A model generated the notes under the pieces. The model was given only the letters and a program-made list of their open reading frames with translations, did no database searches and was not told where the DNA came from. Below are positions 7,629-17,570 of a DNA stretch of 64,000 nt, one piece after another. The stretch's first letter is position 1, and each line of letters begins with the position of its first letter. This DNA is from Verrucomicrobiota bacterium (GTDB lineage: Bacteria; Verrucomicrobiota; Verrucomicrobiia; Limisphaerales; Palsa-1400). The translations under genes were made by a program, and so were the position numbers. Location: contig JBEKYR010000015.1 of NCBI GenBank assembly GCA_049510745.1, positions 1 through 64,000 of the forward strand, given 5' to 3'.

Positions 7629-10426
7629 GTTCCGCCCAGCCGAAAAAGCTCATCGAGGTCGCACTGCCGTTGCCGGAAATCAACGATGCATCGGCTTACG
7701 ACAAAATGCCGGGCATCGGGCCGCACCCGAAAGGCATTCATCACTGGTGGGCTCGGCTGCCGCTTCCGACGGCGCGGGCAGTTTTGTTCGCGTCCGTCGT
7801 GGATGATCCGTCGGCGCACCCGGAGAAATTTCCCACCGAGCAAGCGCAGAACGCAGAGCGCGAGCGGCTGTTTGAAATCGTGCGGCGCCTCATGCAGAAG
7901 AAATTGCATGAGCATCCCGAGATTTATGCCGCAGCGCGGCGTGAGATGGAGAAGTATTGCGATGGCAAACTCCCGCCGGTCCTCGACCCTTTTGCCGGCG
8001 GCGGCTCCATTCCGCTGGAAGCGGTGCGCTTGGGCTGCAAAGCGCACGCGGCGGATTTGAATCCCGTGGCCGTGCTGCTCAATAAGTGCAACTTAGAAAT
8101 CGCCCCCCGCTGGGCCGGCCACGCTCCGGTCAATCCGGCAGACCGTCGTGGAATTGGCGGCTCGCAAAGCTGGATTGGAACATATGGGTTGGCGGCGGAC
8201 GTTCGCTACTACGGAAAAGTCATCCACGAGCGCACGCAGGAAATACTCGGCCACCACTATCCGAAGGTGCAATTGCCAAAGGAACATGGCGGCGGGGCGG
8301 CGAATGTCATCGCGTGGCTTTGGGCGCGCACTGTCGCCAGCCCCGACCCGGCAGCGCGCGGCGCGCATGTGCCGCTTGTTCGATCATTCACAATTTCAAG
8401 TAAGGGTGAAAAAATATGGATCGAACCGACCATTGACCGTGCGAGTAGGACAATCGAATACACGGTCAGGACAAGCGGTATTCCCACGGTAAAAGGCACT
8501 ATGTTGCGCACAGGCGGCAAATGCCTATTTAGCGGCAACCCTATTCCTCTGGATCACATTCGGTCTGAAGGCAAAGCTGGCCGGTTAGGCCAGCATCTCA
8601 TTGCCATTGTCGCCGAGGGAAGGCGCGGAAAAGTCTTTCTCTCACCCAATGACCTTCACGCGAAGTCGGCAGATGTTCCATTTCCAGAAAACTATCCTGA
8701 CACCGATCTCCCTGACCAGGCGTTGGGCTTTCGAATTCAGAAGTATGGATTTGAAAAGCACTGGCAAATGTTCACCCCGCGTCAACTCGCTGCTACTGTT
8801 GCTCTAAGTGATGCGATCCGGGCGGTACGCCCGGAAATTGTCGGACAGGCCAAGGTTGCGGGCCTCTGTGAACGCGATGCGGAGGATTACGCTAAATCCA
8901 TTACAACATTCTTGGCGCTCGCACTCAACAGACTCGCTTCGTTCAACAACGGATTCTGTCGGTGGAACGGTAATCAAACAGTGTTCATATTTACACGCGC
9001 AGCCATTCCAATGCTGTGGGATTTCGCTGAGGCAAATGTCTTCGGAGACAAAGCCATTTGTTGGTTGACTTCACTGGATATTTGCGCCGAAGCTGTTGAG
9101 ACGCTTCTGATGGCCAGAACGGAGAGCGGCACCGTAAATCAGGCTGACGCTGCTGGAGGATCCCCCGAAATCTTATCGGCATTGGTTAGCACAGACCCTC
9201 CATATTACGACAACATCGGCTACGCAGCGCTTAGTGATTTTTACTACATCTGGCTGCGCCGAACCGTTGGTGAATTACACCGGCCAATTTGTGACACGTT
9301 GCTCGTCCCAAAGATGCGCGAGCTGACTGCATCACCGGAACGATTTGACGGCGATAAAGAGAAAGCCAAAGAACATTTCGAATCCGGTTTTCGTCGCGCG
9401 TTTTCTGGACTCCGAGATCGGCTCGATCCACGCTTTCCGCTCACTGTTTATTATGCCTTTAAGCAAGACGACGAAGAAGCAGGCGGTAATGCTGATGACG
9501 ACAATGACAGTAAAGGAAGCGTGGACTTGACGACCGGGTGGGAAACCCTCTTAGAAGCCCTCACCTCGAGCGGTTTCCAAATCACAGCAACTTGGCCGGT
9601 GCGCGCATCTTTCGAGTGGCGAATGCGTTCATTACAGTCTAACGCGCTCGCATCATACATCGTGCTCGCGTGTCGCGCTCGTTCGGCAAACGCACCGCGC
9701 GTCGGCAGGAGCGCCTTTGTCGCCGAGTTGAAGCGCGAGTTGCCGCCCGCTTTGCGCCACTTGCAGCAGGGCAACGTGGCGCCGGTGGACTTCGCCCAGG
9801 CCGCCATCGGCCCCGGCATGGCCGTGTTCTCCCGTTTCTCCCGCGTGCTCGAAAGCAGCGGCCAGAGCATGACCGTCCGCACCGCGCTGGCTCTCATCAA
9901 CCAGATTCTCGGCGAAGTCCTCACCGAGCAGGAAGACGAGTTTGACGCGGACACCCGTTGGGCGCTGGCGTGGTTCGAGCAAAAGGGTTTTGCCGAAGGC
10001 GAGTTTGGCGACGCCAACACGCTCGCTACCGCCAAGAACACTGCCGTCAACGGCCTTGTGGACGCCGGTATCCTTTATTCCACCCGTGGAAAAGTTCGCC
10101 TGCTCCGCCCGGAGGAACTCAAAAAAGACTGGGACCCCAGCACCGACAACCGACTGACAGTGTGGGGGATGACCCACCACCTGCTGCGGGTATTTTACGC
10201 GGAGAAACAGGGGGAAACGGCCACCGCAGCCTTGATGCGCAAGCTCGCCGGCCGGGCCGAAGTCGCCCGCGATCTGGCCTACCGCCTCTTCCGGCTGGCC
10301 GAAAAGCACCACTCGCAGGACGCGCAAGCTTACAATGCGCTGGTGCTGGCGTGGCCCGATTTGATACGTTTAGTCCAAGAGCAGCAACCGACGCGAACCA
10401 TTCAGCCGGATTTGCCCGAGAGCTAA
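7625..10426 (+). CDS. DUF1156 adenine-specific DNA methyltransferase
   Basis: KKLIEVALPL..IN, HHWWARLPL, DPFAGGGSIPLEA, TDPPYYDN. Confidence 0.92.
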   Translation: MSSAQPKKLIEVALPLPEINDASAYDKMPGIGPHPKGIHHWWARLPLPTARAVLFASVVDDPSAHPEKFPTEQAQNAERERLFEIVRRLMQKKLHEHPEIYAAARREMEKYCDGKLPPVLDPFAGGGSIPLEAVRLGCKAHAADLNPVAVLLNKCNLEIAPRWAGHAPVNPADRRGIGGSQSWIGTYGLAADVRYYGKVIHERTQEILGHHYPKVQLPKEHGGGAANVIAWLWARTVASPDPAARGAHVPLVRSFTISSKGEKIWIEPTIDRASRTIEYTVRTSGIPTVKGTMLRTGGKCLFSGNPIPLDHIRSEGKAGRLGQHLIAIVAEGRRGKVFLSPNDLHAKSADVPFPENYPDTDLPDQALGFRIQKYGFEKHWQMFTPRQLAATVALSDAIRAVRPEIVGQAKVAGLCERDAEDYAKSITTFLALALNRLASFNNGFCRWNGNQTVFIFTRAAIPMLWDFAEANVFGDKAICWLTSLDICAEAVETLLMARTESGTVNQADAAGGSPEILSALVSTDPPYYDNIGYAALSDFYYIWLRRTVGELHRPICDTLLVPKMRELTASPERFDGDKEKAKEHFESGFRRAFSGLRDRLDPRFPLTVYYAFKQDDEEAGGNADDDNDSKGSVDLTTGWETLLEALTSSGFQITATWPVRASFEWRMRSLQSNALASYIVLACRARSANAPRVGRSAFVAELKRELPPALRHLQQGNVAPVDFAQAAIGPGMAVFSRFSRVLESSGQSMTVRTALALINQILGEVLTEQEDEFDADTRWALAWFEQKGFAEGEFGDANTLATAKNTAVNGLVDAGILYSTRGKVRLLRPEELKKDWDPSTDNRLTVWGMTHHLLRVFYAEKQGETATAALMRKLAGRAEVARDLAYRLFRLAEKHHSQDAQAYNALVLAWPDLIRLVQEQQPTRTIQPDLPES

Positions 10427-10433
10427 ATGACGT

Positions 10434-13400
10434 ATGGCCATCACGAATCACGAACGAGTCGGCAAGGCGCTGGAGATGTTGACCGGCGGCCTCAAACCTT
10501 TTGTCGAACGCGAACTCAAGAGCACTTACCAGCAGGGCTGGTTCGAGGTGACGCGAAAAACAATGGCCGCCAGCCAACTGCAATTTCTCGGCAACGCCGA
10601 GACTCCGCAGTGGGATGCCCAAGCCTTGTTGCTCACGCTCTGGAATCAGTGGAACGAGGTTTTTCGAAAAACGCTTGGACAAGCCGAGCGCACCCTCGTC
10701 AGCGAGTTGCGCGAAGTGCGCAACCGCTGGGCGCACCAGCGGCCATTCAGCACAGATGACGCCTACCGCGCCCTCGACAGCATCGCCCGCCTGCTCACCG
10801 CCATTTCCGCGCCGGAAGCATCCGAGGTGGACAAGCTGAAAGTGGAGTTACTGCGCGTCCGGTTTGATGAGCAGGTCCGAACGGAAAAGCGCAAAGCTGC
10901 CAGCGGCGCAATTGAAGGCGAGAGTGTCGCCGGCCTCAAACCGTGGCGCGAAGTCGTCACGCCGCATAAAGATGTGGCCAGCGGCAAGTACCAGCAAGCC
11001 GAGTTCGCCGCCGACTTGTGGCAGGTCCACATGGGCGAGGGCACGGACGAATATCGCAACCCCGTGGAATTTTTCCGGCGCACTTTCCTGACGCAAGGTC
11101 TGCGCGATCTTCTTTCAGGCGCCTTGCTGCGCCTTTCCGGCCAGGGCAGCGATCCCGTAATCGAACTGCAAACGAATTTCGGAGGCGGCAAGACGCACTC
11201 AATGCTGGCGCTATATCACTTGTTCTGCGGGATGAAGGCGTCCGAACTGCCGGGACTTGAGCCGGTGTTCGAGAAGGCAGGCGTGAACAAGATTCCCGCT
11301 GCCAAGCGTGTTGTCATCGTCGGCAACAAGATTTCTCCCGGCTCACCAAGTCGCAAACCCGATGGCACGGTCGTCCGCACCCTTTGGGGCGAACTCGCCT
11401 GGCAACTCGGCGGCAAGGAAGGCTTCGCGCTCGTGAAGGAAGATGACGAGCGCGCCACCAGCCCCGGCGACACCCTGCGCGTGCTCTTCAACAAATACGC
11501 GCCGTGCCTGATTCTTATTGACGAGTGGGTCGGTTACGCGCGCATGTTGCATGACGCCGCTGACTTGCCGGGCGGCACATTCGAAACCCACTTTACCTTT
11601 GCGCAGACGTTGAGCGAAGCCGCGAAGGCGGCGAAAAACACCTTGCTCGTCGTCAGCATCCCGGCCAGCGAAAGCGGTGTCGTCAGCCCAGGCGGCAGCG
11701 AGATCGCCGACGTGGAAGTCGGCGGCGAACGAGGACGCCACGCCTTGGAGCGACTGAAGAACGCCATCGGTCGCGTGGAATCTTCGTGGCGACCAGCCAG
11801 CGCGGACGAAGGCTTCGAAATTGTCCGCCGGCGCCTGTTTGAATCTCTCGCCGGCGACTCGCATGTCGCGCGCGATCTCACCGCCAAGGCATTCATGGAA
11901 CTTTACCGCAACCAGCAGCAGGAATTTCCTCCTGAATGCCGCGAGGCGGATTATGAACGAAAACTCAAAGCGGCGTACCCGATTCATCCAGAGGTTTTTG
12001 AACGACTGTACCAGGACTGGTCCAGCCTCGTAAAATTCCAACGCACGCGCGGCGTGCTGCGGCTCATGGCTGCGGTGATTCACTCGCTTTGGGAAAAGCA
12101 GGACCGCAACCCGCTCATCCTGCCCGCAAACCTTCCGATTGATGACCCGCGCGTTCAATTTGAACTCACGCGCTACCTGCCGGACAACTGGGTGCCAGTC
12201 ATTGAAAAGGACGTGGACGGTCCGAACTCGCTCCCGCTCCGCATCGACGGGGAAAAACCGAATCTCGGCCGTTATTCCGCCTGCCGCCGTGTGGCGCGCA
12301 CGGTTTATCTCGGCTCCGCTCCAACAGCGAAGGCTGCCAACCGGGGAGTCGAAGACAGGCGTGTCAAACTCGGTTGTGTCCAGCCCGGCGAAGCACCAGC
12401 CATTTTTGGCGACGCGCTTCGCCATCTCGCTCAGCAGGCAACTTACCTTTACGCGGACGGCGCTCGGTATTGGTATTCTACACAACCGACGGTTACCAAG
12501 CTGGCTGAAGACCGTGCCGAGCAGTTGAAATCTGACCCTGATGCCGTTGCCGATGATGTGAAGAAGCGCGTAATCCAGGACGCCAGGCAACGCGGGGACT
12601 TCAGCCGGCTCCACGCGTTTCCGCAAACCAACGCGGACGTACCCGACGATCCTGACGCCCGGCTTGTCATCCTCGGCGTCGAATATCCCCATACAAAGGA
12701 CCAGGAAAGCACGGCATTGGTCGCGGCCAAGACCATGCTGGAAAGTCGAGGCACTGCGCCGCGTATCTACCGAAATGCGCTTGTTTTCCTCGCCACCGAC
12801 CGCACCCGGCTCCTCGATCTTGATGAAGCCGTGCGACGATACCTAGCGTGGAACTCAATCGTTCAGGAATCCGAAGGCGACGAGCCGTCTCTGAACCTCG
12901 ACGCACACCAACGGCGCCAGGCAAAGAACCAGCGCGACAATGCCGAAACCACCGTCAGCGCTCGCATTCCGGAAACCTACCAATGGCTTCTTGTTCCGAC
13001 GCAGTCGAAGTCCCAGGACCCCGTCCAGTGGCAGGCGTTCCGATTGCAGGGACAGGAAGCACTCGCTCTCCGCGCCAGCCGCAAGTTGAAGAACGACGAG
13101 TTGCTGGTGTCCAAACTCGCCGCCTCGCGACTGCGCTTGGAACTGGACAACGTCCCGCTCTGGCGCGGCGACCATGTCTCTATCAGGCAACTGGTGGAAG
13201 ATTTTGCCCGCTATCTTTACCTGCCTCGGTTGCGCAACTCGCAGGTACTGGTGGAAGCCATTCACGAAGGCATCGCCCTTTTGAGTTGGCAGCAAGATTC
13301 TTTCGCCTACGCCGACAGTTTCGACGAAGCAGTCAGACGGTATCGCGGCCTCCGTTTTGGCCAGCAGATGCCGATGGGGCAGGACGAACTTTCCGGCCTT

Positions 13401-13793
13401 CTGGTCAAACCGGAAGCGGCCATGAAACAGTTCCAAGCCGAGCAAGCTGCCACCGCTACCGCCATCGGCGGAGCGCCAATCGCGCAACCCGGCAAGGCGG
13501 GCCAGCCAACCCCAACGGAAACCGAAGGCGATCTTGGTAAACCGCAACCGCCGGCCAAACCAAAACGTTTCTACGGGTCCGTTCAATTGAATCCGCAGCG
13601 CGTCGGCAAGGACGCCGGCAAAATTGCGGAAGAGATCGTTCAACATCTCGCCTTACAGCCAGGCGCGACCATCGAGGTCACACTCGAAATCCAAGCACAG
13701 ATGCCCGAAGGCGCCCCTGAAAACATCGTCCGCATCGTCACAGAGAACGCCCGCACCCTCAAATTCTCCTCCCACTCCTTCGAAAAGGAGTAG
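10434..13793 (+). CDS. DUF499 AAA+ ATPase with N-terminal Swt1-like HEPN domain
   Basis: ELREVRNRWAH (RxxxxH), LQTNFGGGKTH, LILIDEW, YPIHP, FQRTRGVLR. Confidence 0.9.
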   Translation: MAITNHERVGKALEMLTGGLKPFVERELKSTYQQGWFEVTRKTMAASQLQFLGNAETPQWDAQALLLTLWNQWNEVFRKTLGQAERTLVSELREVRNRWAHQRPFSTDDAYRALDSIARLLTAISAPEASEVDKLKVELLRVRFDEQVRTEKRKAASGAIEGESVAGLKPWREVVTPHKDVASGKYQQAEFAADLWQVHMGEGTDEYRNPVEFFRRTFLTQGLRDLLSGALLRLSGQGSDPVIELQTNFGGGKTHSMLALYHLFCGMKASELPGLEPVFEKAGVNKIPAAKRVVIVGNKISPGSPSRKPDGTVVRTLWGELAWQLGGKEGFALVKEDDERATSPGDTLRVLFNKYAPCLILIDEWVGYARMLHDAADLPGGTFETHFTFAQTLSEAAKAAKNTLLVVSIPASESGVVSPGGSEIADVEVGGERGRHALERLKNAIGRVESSWRPASADEGFEIVRRRLFESLAGDSHVARDLTAKAFMELYRNQQQEFPPECREADYERKLKAAYPIHPEVFERLYQDWSSLVKFQRTRGVLRLMAAVIHSLWEKQDRNPLILPANLPIDDPRVQFELTRYLPDNWVPVIEKDVDGPNSLPLRIDGEKPNLGRYSACRRVARTVYLGSAPTAKAANRGVEDRRVKLGCVQPGEAPAIFGDALRHLAQQATYLYADGARYWYSTQPTVTKLAEDRAEQLKSDPDAVADDVKKRVIQDARQRGDFSRLHAFPQTNADVPDDPDARLVILGVEYPHTKDQESTALVAAKTMLESRGTAPRIYRNALVFLATDRTRLLDLDEAVRRYLAWNSIVQESEGDEPSLNLDAHQRRQAKNQRDNAETTVSARIPETYQWLLVPTQSKSQDPVQWQAFRLQGQEALALRASRKLKNDELLVSKLAASRLRLELDNVPLWRGDHVSIRQLVEDFARYLYLPRLRNSQVLVEAIHEGIALLSWQQDSFAYADSFDEAVRRYRGLRFGQQMPMGQDELSGLLVKPEAAMKQFQAEQAATATAIGGAPIAQPGKAGQPTPTETEGDLGKPQPPAKPKRFYGSVQLNPQRVGKDAGKIAEEIVQHLALQPGATIEVTLEIQAQMPEGAPENIVRIVTENARTLKFSSHSFEKE

Positions 13794-13819
13794 CCACCAC
13801 AAGAGCACCGGACCACGCC

Positions 13820-15043
13820 ATGACCACAAGCAACCCCAACACCAAGCCCGCACCCGAGCCAGTCCCCGTCGCCGACCCGGCTGTAAAGATTACCGAGGTC
13901 AACGAAGCGGTCGCAGCCCAACCGCTCGCTCCCGCACAGCCACCCCAGTCCGCTCCCATGAAGTTCGAAAGCCGCGACGATATCCCCCTAGCCAACCTCT
14001 TACTCGATCCAAACAACTATCGCTTCCTGGACAACAAGGACTACAAGCCCAAGCCAAAGAATCGCTATGCCTCCGACAAGGTGCAAAACGCAACCTTGCG
14101 ACTGCTGGCCCAGGATAAACGCTACCAGCTTGACGAACTCAAAAAGAGCATTCTCACAAACGGCTATGTCCCGATGGAGCGCTTAATCGTTGTTCCCTGC
14201 GACGGCCAGACTGACAAGTTCATCGTCATTGAGGGCAACCGGCGCGTCGCAGCTCTCAAATCCCTTCTGCAAGAGCACGACGAAGGTGTGCGCGAACTGA
14301 CAAATGATCAGATCAAAACTTTCTCAGAAATTCCGTGCGCGATCCTTAAGGTCGAAGAAAGCCAACGCACGCACGCGGCCCGCGTAATAATGGGTATCCG
14401 CCATATCACTGGTCCGCGCGAGTGGGGCGCCTACCAACAGGCAGAGCTAATCCAGCAGCTCCACAACGAAGAAGCCCAGGAATTCTCGTCCATCGCTGAC
14501 CACCTCGGCCTCTCGACCGTGGAGGTTAGTAGGCGGTACCGCGCCATGAATGCCTTAAAGGCCATGGAAAATGACGAGCTTTATGCAGAAAAGGCCGAGC
14601 CGGAGTACTACCGCCTTTTCCACGAGCTCGTCTCACTGCCTGAGGTCCGAACCCGCTTCGGCTGGGATTCAGAAACAGACCAGTTTACGAACCTCGACAA
14701 AGCTCGGGAGTTCTTCGAACTAATCGCACCCCAAACCAAGGAGGCAACCGAGGCAAAACTCAAATCCTACTCCGACGTCCGCAAGCTCAAGACAATCATC
14801 ACGAACCCTGCTGCTGAAGAAATCCTCTTGGACCCGGCCAGATCATTCGCCGATGCCCTCGCAGAAGCGTCGCAACACCGCCCACCAACAGCGGCGCAAA
14901 AAAACCCATTCCCCGATTTTCTTGCCGACACGCTCACCAGAATTCAGCAGATGACCCGCGAGGAGCTAAAAGCCCTTACCCCGAAGGACAAGAAACAGAT
15001 CAAAAAGCTGATCGCAGAGCTCAAGGAAGTTCTCGGCAAATAA
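13820..15043 (+). CDS. ParB/Srx N-terminal-domain protein
   Basis: LLLDPNNYRF...IVIEGNRRVAALK; central HTH (IADHLGLSTVEVSR). Confidence 0.7.
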   Translation: MTTSNPNTKPAPEPVPVADPAVKITEVNEAVAAQPLAPAQPPQSAPMKFESRDDIPLANLLLDPNNYRFLDNKDYKPKPKNRYASDKVQNATLRLLAQDKRYQLDELKKSILTNGYVPMERLIVVPCDGQTDKFIVIEGNRRVAALKSLLQEHDEGVRELTNDQIKTFSEIPCAILKVEESQRTHAARVIMGIRHITGPREWGAYQQAELIQQLHNEEAQEFSSIADHLGLSTVEVSRRYRAMNALKAMENDELYAEKAEPEYYRLFHELVSLPEVRTRFGWDSETDQFTNLDKAREFFELIAPQTKEATEAKLKSYSDVRKLKTIITNPAAEEILLDPARSFADALAEASQHRPPTAAQKNPFPDFLADTLTRIQQMTREELKALTPKDKKQIKKLIAELKEVLGK

Positions 15044-15056
15044 ACCCCGCACTGCG

Positions 15057-15893
15057 GTGAAGCACACCGACATATTCGACGAAGTGCTGGCCCACTTCTT
15101 GACGGATTACTCAGTTACGGAGCCGCCCCGAAACCTCGAGCATTATGTGGTGCAGCATCTCACCCCCACCTACACCCCTGGCATTGTCGATGACTTCATA
15201 GCGAAGAACCTCGATCACCTGCGAAACACACTCGTCGATGAGTATAATAGTCGCGCTGGCGGCGCTGCTAGTCTCCGCTACCTTTTCGCTGACGACGACG
15301 CCGAAATAATCCAGGGCATTGGCGGCATGGCTCAAGCCGACCGGCTCGCCTTCCAGGATGGCATCAACTCGCTCACCCCAACTGAGTTTGAGACCTTTAG
15401 TGCGCACCTGCTCCGTCTCGCCTCCTGCAACCGCGTTTGGCACACCCAGGAAACCCACGACGAGGGGCTCGACTCCTTTGGTTACATGCCCTACTTTCAC
15501 ATGAGGAACCAATGGATCAGTGGTAATCCCGAGGTTGTATTTCTAGCCCAGGCAAAGCATTACCTAGATACGAAGGTAGGCTCCAGCGACATTCGAGACT
15601 TCGTGGGCGCTTCAAAGCTTGCAGCCCTGAAGATCTATTCGAAGATAGACGGTCGGTATAAGGACCTTGAGATCAAGCCATTTGCCCCACTCGCCCTCAT
15701 CTTTGTGACCACTCAGGAGGTGCCCAAGACAGTCAAACTCATGGCTCGCAACGCCGGAATTGTGGTCCTCACCAGCGACGACCTCTGCTCCCTTTTCCTC
15801 TCAACCTTGGCAACAGTCCCAAGCCTGATCACTTCCACCTGGGTCGCCCAAGAGATCCGCACCGCATGCCAAGGCATTCCGAAAGCAAAGTAG
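15057..15893 (+). CDS. Mrr-like (type IV) restriction endonuclease
   Basis: LTPTEFE, TQETHDEGLD, AQAKHY, VGSSDIRDFVG. Confidence 0.8.
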   Translation: MKHTDIFDEVLAHFLTDYSVTEPPRNLEHYVVQHLTPTYTPGIVDDFIAKNLDHLRNTLVDEYNSRAGGAASLRYLFADDDAEIIQGIGGMAQADRLAFQDGINSLTPTEFETFSAHLLRLASCNRVWHTQETHDEGLDSFGYMPYFHMRNQWISGNPEVVFLAQAKHYLDTKVGSSDIRDFVGASKLAALKIYSKIDGRYKDLEIKPFAPLALIFVTTQEVPKTVKLMARNAGIVVLTSDDLCSLFLSTLATVPSLITSTWVAQEIRTACQGIPKAK

Positions 15894-16075
15894 AACCTGA
15901 CCTCAGGCGGCAGTTACGCTGAACGCTGCATCCTTTACATCGCAGCCGCCGCGATGGCTTCAAACACCGTGGAATTGTCGTCGTGGTTGTCTCGCAAAGC
16001 TGCAAGCTGTGGTTGGTGGCTTTCGTTATGAGCCGGCACACTCTCACCAAATCCCTCCCGTGCGCTGTCACAGAA

Positions 16076-16771
16076 TTAGTGTGCGCTCGGATCGAGGCCA
16101 GATTGCGGTCTTTCCAATTGTAGGAGCCTGGTTTCCAGTTCGCCCATCTTTCGATTGGCAGCCAACAATTGATCAAAGAAGCTGGTTCTCTCCTTTTGCA
16201 TTTGCTCAATGAGATAGTCCTTTCCACGGTTGGCGATTTTCAAATCCAAATTCTCCCGCTCCAATTCCCGTGTCCGCTCGCTGTCCGTTTCCGAATCATC
16301 CTTCCGCTCCATCCGTTCTGCTTCCGCATTTTTGGGAAAGGTGCGGAGAGGTTCAGAAACCTCTGGCTGCTGCGGCGTCTTGACCGCCGCTCTGGCCTTT
16401 TCTTCCGTAATGGCAGTTTCCACGCTCTGTGGCGTGATGAAGTATTTCCGCTCGTTTGGATCAAAATACGAATTCAAGCGTGGAATCCCCTGACGATTCG
16501 GCTGGCACCAATTCACGATGCTGCGTTCCGACCGGGCAACGCCAGCAGCTTCAAACAGCCGCGCCACTTCCCGGACCGTCAGGGTGTGATTTTCCTTGCG
16601 TTCCGAAGCTTGCGGAACGTTGCGGAAGCTTGCGGAACGTTGCGGAACCTTTCCGAAGCTTTCCGCATCGTGCGGAACGTTTCCGAACGTTGCGGAATCC
16701 TTCCGCACGCTCCCGAACTCTGCGGAATCATGCGGCACCGGGCTGGACTGGTTTTGGTTATTTTGATCCAT
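16076..16771 (-). CDS. HTH/coiled-coil protein with N-terminal 10-aa repeats
   Basis: TLTVREVARLFEAAGVARSERSIVNWC helix-turn-helix-like segment; C-terminal coiled coil. Confidence 0.65.
   Translation of the reverse strand: MDQNNQNQSSPVPHDSAEFGSVRKDSATFGNVPHDAESFGKVPQRSASFRNVPQASERKENHTLTVREVARLFEAAGVARSERSIVNWCQPNRQGIPRLNSYFDPNERKYFITPQSVETAITEEKARAAVKTPQQPEVSEPLRTFPKNAEAERMERKDDSETDSERTRELERENLDLKIANRGKDYLIEQMQKERTSFFDQLLAANRKMGELETRLLQLERPQSGLDPSAH
16601..16740. repeat. Degenerate 10-bp tandem array (~14 units of TGCGGAACGT / TTCCGAAGCT type)
   Basis: Directly visible 10-nt periodicity. Confidence 0.9.
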
Positions 16772-16802
16772 GAGGGTTTTTTTAGGGGCGGGGAAGTCCG
16801 GT

Positions 16803-16811
16803 TTATCCACA
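16803..16811 (+). promoter_or_regulatory. DnaA box
   Basis: Perfect TTATCCACA; a 1-mismatch inverse copy (TGGGGATAA) at ~17313-17321. Confidence 0.5.
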
Positions 16812-16851
16812 GTTGGAGCGCACCCGGCTTCGCGGTATAATCATACCACAC

Positions 16852-17241
16852 ATGAAAACGATAGGGGAAATCATCAAGGAGAAGAACCTGCAACTGGACA
16901 CAGACAATCCGGTGTTGCGCGGCGGCTTCACCCAGGTCCCCAATTTCATCCTCAAAGACCCCAAGTTGTCCGTCGGTGCCAAGGTGGCGTATGCCATGTT
17001 CCTGAGCTACGCCTGGCACAACGATTCCTGTTTTCCCGGCCAGGGACGGCTGGCCGAGGACATGGGCATGAGCCGATCCCGTGTCACAGAATTCGTCAGC
17101 GAACTGGAAAAATCCGGCCTCATCACCATCCAGCGCAGGGGACTGGGCAAAACCAACATTTACACCATCCACTTCCAAGTCGCCTCCCGACATCCAGATG
17201 TCGGCCGGCCGACATCAAGAAGTCGGCCAGTTGACGACTAG
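16852..17241 (+). CDS. Winged-helix (HTH_36-type) replication-initiator-like protein
   Basis: GFTQVPNFIL.D..LSVGAK..Y..., CFPGQGRLAEDMGMSRSRV....ELEKSGLI....RG....N.Y. Confidence 0.8.
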   Translation: MKTIGEIIKEKNLQLDTDNPVLRGGFTQVPNFILKDPKLSVGAKVAYAMFLSYAWHNDSCFPGQGRLAEDMGMSRSRVTEFVSELEKSGLITIQRRGLGKTNIYTIHFQVASRHPDVGRPTSRSRPVDD

Positions 17242-17260
17242 AGGTCAGCCCGCCGACTTC
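17175..17260. repeat. Four 22-bp-period palindromic iteron-like repeats
   Basis: GATGTCGGCCGGCCGACATC (perfect palindrome, 17197-17216) with degenerate copies at 17175, 17219, 17241; AT-rich tract follows. Confidence 0.7.
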
Positions 17261-17570
17261 TCTCTATATAAGAATATACAGATTAAGAATAAGAGAAACT
17301 TTCTTTGAAGGGTGGGGATAACTCAATGCGGCGCTTTTTGGCGGCGAAGCCGAAAACGCGCATTTGCCTGACAGGGCCGAATCGCGGTAAAATGGGCGGC
17401 ATGGAGGTTCAACCCATCACAATCCAAGCGATCTTGCAGTGGCTTCAAAAACAGGCCGCCAAAAAGCGAACCGAGGTCATCATCCAGACGCGGATTGCCA
17501 TCAATTCCCAGGAGGCCCGGCTTTTGGAGGCCCGCCAGGAACGACCATTGGAAACTATCCGATATTGAAG

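Noticed and set aside
2283..13793. BREX or DISARM call
   Set aside because: No PglZ, BrxC, DrmA/B/C signature seen; DUF1156/DUF499 composition fits the restriction-like family better
16601..16740. CRISPR array
   Set aside because: 10-bp contiguous units, no spacers, no cas genes
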